64,000 nt of DNA, taken from NCBI GenBank assembly GCA_945889005.1, contig CAMDBI010000003.1, positions 71,814 to 135,813 on the forward strand, in the 5' to 3' direction. The notes below the pieces were generated by a model. It saw only the letters and a program-made list of their open reading frames with translations, did no database searches and was not told the origin of the DNA. Source of the DNA: Bacteroides fragilis. GTDB taxonomy: Bacteria; Bacteroidota; Bacteroidia; Bacteroidales; DTGW01. Below, one piece after another: positions 48,349 through 55,664 of this stretch (position 1 is its first letter; every line of letters starts with the position of its first letter). A program made the position numbers and the translations under genes.

Positions 48349-48469
48349 AATGTCGTTAAGTTTAGAAAAAGGTATCGACTTCGCTCAACCTGACACATAC
48401 ATAACAGCGTCACAATGAGCGAAGTCGAAGTGTGATTTAAAACACAAAAAAACTTAACTAAACGACATT
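48349..48469. repeat. Compound 121-nt inverted repeat / long hairpin
   Basis: The inner perfect 13-bp stem is TCGACTTCGCTCA (48375-48387) / TGAGCGAAGTCGA (48416-48428). The outer arms are AATGTCGTT..TAAGTTT / AAACTTA(ACTA)AACGACATT. Confidence 0.8.
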
Positions 48470-48481
48470 AATATTTAATTA

Positions 48482-48580
48482 TTAATCGTGACAACCTGCA
48501 ACAGTTTTTGAAATTTTTGCACAACATTGAGCAACTTTAGCCTTTGGGGCTATTTCTTTCTTTTTAATTAATGTTTTCAT
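48482..48580 (-). CDS. 32-aa Lys-rich, Cys-containing mini-ORF (unannotated)
   Basis: MKTLIKKKEIAPKAKVAQCCAKISKTVAGCHD lies 29 nt after the methyltransferase stop on the same strand. Confidence 0.3.
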   Translation of the reverse strand: MKTLIKKKEIAPKAKVAQCCAKISKTVAGCHD

Positions 48581-48609
48581 GTTTTGAATTTTGTATTATT
48601 AAAGTTAAA

Positions 48610-49212
48610 TTATTTTTGGGCAACAAGCAAAAAAATAGGAAACAATTTGCCTGAATCACGTTTTATCTCATAACAATTTGAATAACTTATATTTCTGAAC
48701 CCAATAGCCGTTAATAATTCGGATAGTTTATCGGGACTGAAGCCAAAGTGAACTTTAACATCAGGTCCATGAAATGAGCCATCTTCAGAGAATAGGTCGG
48801 CAATAGCCAAAAAAGAATTAGTATTAAGAATTTTATAAAATTTGTTTAAAACTGTTTCTACATCATCAACATGGTGCAATACCATTTGATTGAAAATAAA
48901 ATCAAAGTTATTATTGTGATATTCTGTATGTTCAAAGTCGAAAAACAAAGGTTTTAAATGATTCAGATGAGTGCTTAATACTTTTTCTTTCATTACCTCA
49001 ACCATTTCTTTCGAATTATCCATTAATGTTATTTCCGATAACTTATCGGCAAGAAGAAAGCTTAAAATACCTGTACCTGCTCCATATTCCAATGCTTTCA
49101 TATTTGAAGTTAAAGGAATAGTTTCAAGTATTTTACTTGCTATAGCCTCTGAACGCTCCCAATGAATTGGATTACTATCCCAATCACGGGCTACTTTGTC
49201 AAAATTGCTCAT
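48610..49212 (-). CDS. Class I SAM-dependent methyltransferase
   Basis: Motif I LEYGAGTGILS, 200 aa. Confidence 0.8.
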   Translation of the reverse strand: MSNFDKVARDWDSNPIHWERSEAIASKILETIPLTSNMKALEYGAGTGILSFLLADKLSEITLMDNSKEMVEVMKEKVLSTHLNHLKPLFFDFEHTEYHNNNFDFIFNQMVLHHVDDVETVLNKFYKILNTNSFLAIADLFSEDGSFHGPDVKVHFGFSPDKLSELLTAIGFRNISYSNCYEIKRDSGKLFPIFLLVAQK

Positions 49213-49238
49213 GTTTTAAATAATTAATATTTATGAGC

Positions 49239-49706
49239 TTAATAATCCAATGTTATAATACGACCTTTTGTAAAGCCAAAAAACTTGTCCTTTTGGGCTA
49301 TCTGAACACCATCCAATAAATCTTCAGGTTTGAAACCGGCAATTTTTAAACAGGTTGGACATGCCATTACACTTACATTTCTTTCATTCAACTGTTTAAT
49401 ATAAGTATGAGCCGACTCAAAATCTGCAAAATTTAAATCTTTTGAAGTTTTCACCAGAAGCTCAACAGCGTGTATGTCCATGTAAACAAGTACATCTTTA
49501 TCTTTCGACATCATTACTGCCATTTTGAGAGGCATTAGCACTTTATGAGGGTCGTTGTAACTTTCAGTAATATGAATAAAAACCCCATCCCTTACACTAT
49601 CGGTTGTGCAACAAGATTCTTTAACAGTTCTTTCTTCTTTGCTATGTGTCTGATTACACGATAAAATAAAAAGAGTTACGATAAAAATTAAGCCTAAATT
49701 TTTCAT
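49239..49706 (-). CDS. DsrE/DsrF-like family lipoprotein
   Basis: Lipobox (FILSC). DsrE-fold-like pattern (VFIHITES...PLKMAVMM...VLVYMDIHAV...MACPTC). Confidence 0.5.
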   Translation of the reverse strand: MKNLGLIFIVTLFILSCNQTHSKEERTVKESCCTTDSVRDGVFIHITESYNDPHKVLMPLKMAVMMSKDKDVLVYMDIHAVELLVKTSKDLNFADFESAHTYIKQLNERNVSVMACPTCLKIAGFKPEDLLDGVQIAQKDKFFGFTKGRIITLDY

Positions 49707-49797
49707 AATGTGTTTTTTTATAAAAATATATAATATTCTTCATATTATATGTAATGCTAATGTGAAAAATATACTAATAGTGGTTGCAAAGAGCAGT

Positions 49798-50862
49798 TTA
49801 TTTAGCAATAGTGCTCGAAAGTTTATTGACCTTGTCGAGATACATTGCGAACGAACGGTATAAAAAGTGTGTCCACTTGCCAAAAGGTACTATTAACACA
49901 GCCCATTGAACCAATACAATAATATGAACAATGTATAGCCATGAGTTTTGCTCTAATATTTGGAAGTCGATAAATAATCGTACGAAGAAAGCTGTAAAAG
50001 CCATCAGAAACAACCAAACCACGAACAACCAATCGGAAGGCTGAGAATGTTTGCTTACTTCTTTGTCTTTTTTAATACGGCGTCGCATAAAATCGAAGGT
50101 AACCCCAAATACTACGATACTTTCCAAATAACCAAGTACGATAATAAAAATATTGTCGGAACCAAACCAATCGAGAAATACAGTGGTAAAAAGCAAAGCG
50201 AGGTATCCGAAAACTAAAATAAGGTGTTCGAACCATCGGGTTTGATTATCGTCGCATCCCAATGCTCGTTTTTGAGTGAACATGTGTATAAATAATTCGC
50301 TCAAACTTTTATAATACACTTTTAATGGTATTTTCTTCTTTGAACTGCCAGTTAAGAACCACCACATCCGTATAAGATTTGGTGTAAGAATAATAGCAAA
50401 CACAGCTGCAATAGCTACCATTTCGAATGTATGACCAATATGCATTAACGTTGGTAAATGAAAATCGAGAGAAAAAGCATAAGCAACAATCAGAACTGTT
50501 GTGACGATAAATGCTATAGAAGTAAGCGTAATTGATTTATATAGTAAGCCCGACAAACCAGTCCAATCGTATTTGGCAGAAAGCCAACGACGAAGCGACA
50601 TCATGAGTTCACCAGGATTGGCAGAGCGTGGACATTGTGAGCTACATTCGCCACAATAATAGCATAACCAAGGCTTTAACGACGATTTAATTTCGTCTTC
50701 CAAACCTAGTGCACTGTACCGTACCATTTCGCGAGGAAAGGCATCTTCTTTTGTAGCAAGTGAACATGTAGCAGTACAGTTGCCACAATTATAACAGGCA
50801 TTAAAATCGAATGCGCCGTATTTTTTGAGTTCTTTGCCGAACGATGGATTTATGCTAGCCAT
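49798..50862 (-). CDS. QmoC/HdrE-like membrane subunit: N-terminal 2x[4Fe-4S] ferredoxin domain fused to a multi-TM cytochrome-b-like domain
   Basis: CYNCGNCTATC and CYYCGECSSQCP, followed by at least 5 TM helices with conserved His (HIGHTF, FEHLILVF, HIIVLVQW, WTHFLY). Confidence 0.65.
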   Translation of the reverse strand: MASINPSFGKELKKYGAFDFNACYNCGNCTATCSLATKEDAFPREMVRYSALGLEDEIKSSLKPWLCYYCGECSSQCPRSANPGELMMSLRRWLSAKYDWTGLSGLLYKSITLTSIAFIVTTVLIVAYAFSLDFHLPTLMHIGHTFEMVAIAAVFAIILTPNLIRMWWFLTGSSKKKIPLKVYYKSLSELFIHMFTQKRALGCDDNQTRWFEHLILVFGYLALLFTTVFLDWFGSDNIFIIVLGYLESIVVFGVTFDFMRRRIKKDKEVSKHSQPSDWLFVVWLFLMAFTAFFVRLFIDFQILEQNSWLYIVHIIVLVQWAVLIVPFGKWTHFLYRSFAMYLDKVNKLSSTIAK

Positions 50863-51137
50863 TATTTTGTGAGTTTATAAAAGTAATATTCGTCCATATC
50901 ATCGAGACTGTCAACGGCTATTTCACCAAACTTTTGCATAGCCATTAGGTAATATGTTGTTTCGTGTAATGGCATTTGTATTGCAGATGCAATTTGCGGG
51001 ATAGATTTTGGTTCGTCCTTCAAAGCATCTTTAATAGCCTTTTTATAACTGTTGAATTTCTTGCGTTCTTCGGTTACCGCATCTGGCACGGTACGTTTTT
51101 GCTTTATGATGTCGATGGTTTTGGTCTTTGTTTCCAT
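50862..51137 (-). CDS. 91-aa soluble protein, possible winged-helix fold
   Basis: It is intercalated between the HdrA-like and QmoC-like genes. Its stop overlaps the next ATG (TAATG). No family recognised. Confidence 0.45.
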   Translation of the reverse strand: METKTKTIDIIKQKRTVPDAVTEERKKFNSYKKAIKDALKDEPKSIPQIASAIQMPLHETTYYLMAMQKFGEIAVDSLDDMDEYYFYKLTK

Positions 51138-51148
51138 AATTTATTTTT

Positions 51149-52855
51149 TTATTCAGCAAGTGCATCAATCATAGCTTCTAATTGTGCATTAGTAAATCCG
51201 GCTAAGTCGATTGCATCTGTAGGACATACAGGTGTGCACATACCGCAGCCTTTACAGTTTGTTTCATTGACACGAGCCACTTTGCGTCCTTCGTAATCGA
51301 CCATTTCAATAGCATCGAACGAACAAGCTTCTTCGCACTTGCCACACCATGTGCAGGCTGCCGGATTGAGTTTGGCCAACACAGGTTCGAGCGAAAGTTC
51401 GCCTTTTGTTAGTACCGAATTAGCTTTGGCAGCTGCTGCTTGCGACGAATTGAGTGTTTCGATAATGTTCTTTGGCGATTGGCATGTTCCGGCTATAAAA
51501 ACGCCATCAATAACCGTTTCTACGGGGCGTAATTTCATGTGAACTTCGTTGAAGAAATTGTCGCGTCCGAGCGGTATCTTCAACATATCTTGAAGTGCTT
51601 TGTTTTCGCGTGGTATCATGCCTGTAACCAATACTACAAGGTCAACTTCTGCTTCTATTTCTTTGCCCGATGTTAGTATATCTTTAACCGAAACAATGGT
51701 TTTATTGCCTTTTAATTCAATCGTTGGGATATTATCGAGTGTAAATTGTAGAAAAATGTCACCTTGCTTCGATGCTTCTTCATAAATAAGTTCTTGTTTG
51801 CCATATGTGCGAACACCTCGAGTATAATGTAGGTTGGTAATATCTTTGAACTTTTGTTTTACTAAAACAGCTGTGTGCGAAGCAGTTGTGCAGCAATATC
51901 GTGAACAATATTTATTGTCGCCTTCGTCGTCTTGTCGGCTACCAACGCAATAGATGTAAGCAATCGTTTTTATTTTTTTACCTTTAAACTCAAGCTTGTC
52001 CGATGTGTTTACCAATTGTTTGAATAATGGTAAGGTTATTACATTGTCGAGTTTTCCAAAACTGTATTCGCCTTCAATAGGTTGGTAGGGTTCAAAACCT
52101 GTGTTTACAACAATACCACCAGCATTAAGAGTAAGTACTTCATTATCAACTTTTACTTTCAATTCAAAATTGCCGATACTCCCTTTTTTCTCAACAATTT
52201 CGGCTTTGGTAAACAATTTAATGTTTGCTCGTTTTTTTATTTCAACTAAAAATTTATCGACCAATTCTTTACCAGTTATGTTCAATGGAAATACTTGTCC
52301 AGAGTTAACAACCTTTCCTCCAACCGATTCGTTTTTTTCAATCAAGTAAACCTCAGTGCCCATATCGGCCAACGAAATAGCAGTTCGCATTCCACCAACA
52401 CCCGCTCCTACAACAGCTACTGCGTTTAATGCAGGGACTTTTTTAGAGAAAAGAGCTTCTGACTCACGAGCCTTTGCAATAGCTGCTTTTACAAGCTGAA
52501 TGGCTTTTTCGGTAGCGCCAGGCTTATCGTTTGAATGTGCCCATGAACTTTGTTCGCGAATATTTGCTTGGATATAATTAAAAGAATTGAGTCCAGCACG
52601 ATTGGCAACTCCTCTGAAGGTGTTTAAATGCAGTTTTGGCGAACACGAGGCTACCACAATTGCATCAAGTTGGTCGTTTTGAATATCGGCAACCATCTCT
52701 TTTTGCGATGAGTCGGCACAGGCAAATACGGTATTTTTAACCAAAAAGACATCGGCTTCGTCTTTTACTGCCTCTTTAACTTTATCGATATTAACATAAT
52801 CGGAAATATTGCCACCACAGTGGCAAACATATACTCCTATTTTTTTCTTACTCAT
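51149..52855 (-). CDS. HdrA/QmoB-like FAD and Fe-S flavoprotein
   Basis: HdrA N-terminal cluster domain (IGVYVCHCGGNIS, VVASCSPK), FAD motif VVGAGVGGMRTA, CSRYCC, and two C-terminal ferredoxin motifs (CTWCGKCEEAC, CKGCGMCTPVCP). Confidence 0.75.
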   Translation of the reverse strand: MSKKKIGVYVCHCGGNISDYVNIDKVKEAVKDEADVFLVKNTVFACADSSQKEMVADIQNDQLDAIVVASCSPKLHLNTFRGVANRAGLNSFNYIQANIREQSSWAHSNDKPGATEKAIQLVKAAIAKARESEALFSKKVPALNAVAVVGAGVGGMRTAISLADMGTEVYLIEKNESVGGKVVNSGQVFPLNITGKELVDKFLVEIKKRANIKLFTKAEIVEKKGSIGNFELKVKVDNEVLTLNAGGIVVNTGFEPYQPIEGEYSFGKLDNVITLPLFKQLVNTSDKLEFKGKKIKTIAYIYCVGSRQDDEGDNKYCSRYCCTTASHTAVLVKQKFKDITNLHYTRGVRTYGKQELIYEEASKQGDIFLQFTLDNIPTIELKGNKTIVSVKDILTSGKEIEAEVDLVVLVTGMIPRENKALQDMLKIPLGRDNFFNEVHMKLRPVETVIDGVFIAGTCQSPKNIIETLNSSQAAAAKANSVLTKGELSLEPVLAKLNPAACTWCGKCEEACSFDAIEMVDYEGRKVARVNETNCKGCGMCTPVCPTDAIDLAGFTNAQLEAMIDALAE

Positions 52856-54177
52856 GACAATGATTTTAAAAAACTCGAAGTTTCGGAAGCTGCAGCACCT
52901 GCCGACATAATGGTGTCGGGTATATCCATTGGAGCTGTTGCAGTACCCGCAACAAAAACTCCATCGATTGAAGTTCGGGCAGGACTCGACATTAACTCGG
53001 GCTGATTAATATAGTTTAAAGCATCTAACTGAAGTTTTTCATTCTTAAATACTTTTGCAATTTCCGGATTAGCAAGTAAACCAACCGATAGTACTACCAA
53101 ATCGTGTTTACTCTCAGTTATTTTACCTGTAGCAATATCTTCGTAACGAAGAATAAGGTCGCCATTTTCTTTTTCGGTAATACCTGCAATTTTTCCTTTC
53201 ACGTATTTAGCTCCCATGTCTTTAGCCTGTAGGTAAAATTCGTTGTAACCCTTGCCAAAAGCACGGATATTGATGTAATACATCGAAACATCGGCCATAG
53301 GTAAAGCACCCATTAGTAATTGAGCCTGTTTGGTTGAGTACATACAGCAAACTTGCGAACAAATAGGGTTTCCGACAGTATGGTCGCGCGAACCGGTGCA
53401 AAAGATATAAGCAATCTTGTCGGGTGTTTTGCCATCTGATGGGCGTAAAATACTATTAAATGGTCGGGTTGGAGCTAGTTGACGCTCCATTTGCATTGAA
53501 GTAATTACATTTTTATAACGTCCATAACCATAGCGCTCAATGGATATGGGGTCAAACAATTTAAAACCAGTTGCAACCACTACTGATTTAACCTGCACAT
53601 TGATAATTTCTTCTTCCATCGAAAAATCGATACAACTCGATGGACAAGCCTTTTCGCAAGCACCACACATGATACAGTTATCAATATCGATAAGTGCTAT
53701 ACGTGGATTGGCAATGCTAAATGGGATATATACAGCCTTGCGTGCTACCAAATTAAATTGAAATTGGTCTTTAGTAACCGAAGGACATACTTTTTCGCAT
53801 TCCTGACATCCTGTACAGTCGTTTTCAACGACATAACGAGGTTTCTTTTTAAGAGAAACAGAAAAAGAGCCATTGCTATTTTTAATAATCTCGTTTACCT
53901 CTGTAAGCGTATGGATTCTAATATTTGGATGTCGAGCAGTCTCGGACACCTTAGGAGTAGTGATACAGGCAGCACAATCGAGAGTAGGGAACACCTTGCT
54001 GAGTAGTATCATTTTACCACCAATTGAAGGCTCTTTCTCAACAAGAAGCACTTTGTAACCCATATCGGCAAGCTTAAGCGCCGACTCTTCTCCGGCAATA
54101 CCTGCTCCAATTACCAATGTATCGTATTGGGTATCGTTAAGGCAGACGTCTGTTTGTTTTTCGCTTTGTAAAGGCAT
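52852..54177 (-). CDS. HdrA/QmoA-like FAD and Fe-S flavoprotein
   Basis: VIGAGIAGEESA, the HdrA signature FPTLDCAACI, inserted ferredoxin motifs CTGCQECEKVCP and CIMCGACEKACP, and CSQVCC. Confidence 0.75.
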   Translation of the reverse strand: MPLQSEKQTDVCLNDTQYDTLVIGAGIAGEESALKLADMGYKVLLVEKEPSIGGKMILLSKVFPTLDCAACITTPKVSETARHPNIRIHTLTEVNEIIKNSNGSFSVSLKKKPRYVVENDCTGCQECEKVCPSVTKDQFQFNLVARKAVYIPFSIANPRIALIDIDNCIMCGACEKACPSSCIDFSMEEEIINVQVKSVVVATGFKLFDPISIERYGYGRYKNVITSMQMERQLAPTRPFNSILRPSDGKTPDKIAYIFCTGSRDHTVGNPICSQVCCMYSTKQAQLLMGALPMADVSMYYINIRAFGKGYNEFYLQAKDMGAKYVKGKIAGITEKENGDLILRYEDIATGKITESKHDLVVLSVGLLANPEIAKVFKNEKLQLDALNYINQPELMSSPARTSIDGVFVAGTATAPMDIPDTIMSAGAAASETSSFLKSLS

Positions 54178-54179
54178 AA

Positions 54180-54581
54180 TTATATTGTTTTAGCCAGTTC
54201 TAGTTCTTTTGAAAAAGAAATCATGTGTTTTACAAAAGGTTCGGCACAAACCGAGCAAATTGCAGCCATTTTAAGTTGCGAAGGTTTTAGACCTTTTTGC
54301 TTCATTTGCTCGTGAGTAGCTGAAATAATAGCAGAAGTTTTTTCGACACACGATTCGCCAAACGAACAATCGGTACCATCGGCTGCAATAAACACACCGT
54401 CGAAACCTTTTTCGAAAGCACGCATAATCCAACGAGGCTTTATGCAACTCGAACAGGGTACACTTATTGAATACACTGTATTCGGATAATGCTTTTTCAA
54501 CAAACCGGCAAGGTCAATTGCTGGGTCTGATATTTTTTCTGTCGAGAACACTAGTATCTTGGCTTTGGTGCTCATAGTCAT
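54180..54581 (-). CDS. MvhD/FlpD-like hydrogenase iron-sulfur subunit family protein
   Basis: 133 aa. The pattern VPCSSC...RAFEKGFDGVFIAADGTDC resembles the MvhD delta-subunit family. Confidence 0.6.
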   Translation of the reverse strand: MTMSTKAKILVFSTEKISDPAIDLAGLLKKHYPNTVYSISVPCSSCIKPRWIMRAFEKGFDGVFIAADGTDCSFGESCVEKTSAIISATHEQMKQKGLKPSQLKMAAICSVCAEPFVKHMISFSKELELAKTI

Positions 54582-54584
54582 TTT

Positions 54585-54833
54585 TTATTTTTTGAGAAAT
54601 AAACGATATATACCATCTTCGTCAATAGAGCCAAGGTATTCGTATTCCATTTTTTTGCACCATTTCGGAATATCGCTCTTTGTACCTTCGTCCGATGAAA
54701 GTATTTCCATTATTTGACTAGCTTGCACATCGCCAATTGCTTTTTTGGCTGCCAAAAGCGGTCCAGGACAAGCGGTTCCACGTGCATCTACTGTTTTGTC
54801 GCTCTTAAGAGCTTTTAATTCGTCTGTTGTCAT
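54585..54833 (-). CDS. tusA: TusA-family sulfur carrier protein
   Basis: DARGTACPGPLL has the TusA CPxP active-site motif. ATG 54833 is preferred to 54866. Confidence 0.8.
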   Translation of the reverse strand: MTTDELKALKSDKTVDARGTACPGPLLAAKKAIGDVQASQIMEILSSDEGTKSDIPKWCKKMEYEYLGSIDEDGIYRLFLKK

Positions 54834-54842
54834 GATAATATA

Positions 54843-54935
54843 ATTTGAAAATTTGAAAATATGCAAATTTGAAAATGAAATAATTGTTTAAAGATGAGAT
54901 GATTTGATGATTAGATTAATAATTCATTTTCAAAT
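54843..54935. repeat. ATTTGAAAAT decamer: three direct copies plus one inverted copy
   Basis: Direct copies lie at 54843-52, 54851-60 and 54867-76. The inverted copy ATTTTCAAAT lies at 54926-35. All are in the dsrE-like / tusA spacer. Confidence 0.85.
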
Positions 54936-54957
54936 CAACTCATTTTTAAATTTATAA

Positions 54958-55506
54958 TTAAATAAACAATTGAATGCGGCTTTCGTCGGCATCTGAGAGG
55001 TAGCTGCCAACACCAACATATTTCAGATGTGGGTAGTCAATCATTTCCTCTTTTTTGAAGCCCATTAGGTCCATACTCATTTCGCATACGTTTATTTCAA
55101 CGCCTAGTTCACCAGCAGTTGCAAGCAAATCTTCGAGCGATGATACACGTTTTTTCTTCATTAAACTTTTAAGCATGGCAGTTCCCATACCTGCCATATT
55201 CATTTTCGAAAGTTTTAGTTTCTTACTGCCACGAGGCATCATAAAACCAAACATTTTAGACATAAAGTCTTTTCCTTTGCCCGATTTGTTTGGGTCGCGA
55301 AGCATGGCTGTTGCCCAAAATGTAAAAAACATTTTCACTTCGGTATCCATAGCACGTGCGCCCGTTGCTATAATCATGGCTGCAAGCATTTTGTCCAAAT
55401 CGCCCGAGAATGCAATAATCGATATTTGGTCTTTTGCTTGACGGTTCTGTAATTTTTTTAATTTTTCTTCAAGTTCTGCAACTTGTTTTTCTATTTCGTT
55501 TGCCAT
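54958..55506 (-). CDS. DsrE/DsrF/DrsH-like (DrsE_2) family protein
   Basis: 182 aa. An N-terminal coiled coil, then ISIIAFSGDLDKMLAAMIIATGA...FFTFWA...CEMSMDLMG, typical of the DsrE-like proteins that pair with TusA. Confidence 0.65.
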   Translation of the reverse strand: MANEIEKQVAELEEKLKKLQNRQAKDQISIIAFSGDLDKMLAAMIIATGARAMDTEVKMFFTFWATAMLRDPNKSGKGKDFMSKMFGFMMPRGSKKLKLSKMNMAGMGTAMLKSLMKKKRVSSLEDLLATAGELGVEINVCEMSMDLMGFKKEEMIDYPHLKYVGVGSYLSDADESRIQLFI

Positions 55507-55542
55507 TGTTTATATTTTAAAATTTGATTGTTTTTCGAATAA

Positions 55543-55550
55543 CAAAGATA
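55543..55550 (-). promoter_or_regulatory. Candidate -7 box (TATCTTTG on the minus strand) for the dsrE-tusA-hdr/qmo-like operon
   Basis: The plus strand reads CAAAGATA, 37 nt upstream of ATG 55506. Confidence 0.35.
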
Positions 55551-55582
55551 AATTTTAGAATGTGTAAGGAACAATATAGGTA

Positions 55583-55598
55583 TGTGCATGTTTACACA
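55583..55598. promoter_or_regulatory. Imperfect CRP/FNR-type box TGTGC-N6-ACACA
   Basis: Read directly. It lies 6 nt from the perfect box. Confidence 0.4.
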
Positions 55599-55601
55599 TT
55601 A

Positions 55602-55623
55602 ATATGTGATGTATATCACATAT
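55602..55623. promoter_or_regulatory. Perfect CRP-type box TGTGA-N6-TCACA inside the 22-bp palindrome ATATGTGAT-GTAT-ATCACATAT
   Basis: 9-bp perfect arms, in the divergent spacer between the Crp/Fnr gene and the dsrE-like operon. Confidence 0.6.
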
Positions 55624-55664
55624 TTTATTATCTTTATTTAGATTTATTTGTGTAAATTAAAGAA

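Noticed and set aside
49798-54581. Reading the Qmo-like genes as evidence that the organism is a dissimilatory sulfate reducer
   Set aside because: There is no aprBA, sat, dsrAB or dsrMKJOP in the window, and the neighbours are TusA/DsrE carriers. The inference cannot be made from this sequence alone, so it is kept only as a refutation test for the main finding.
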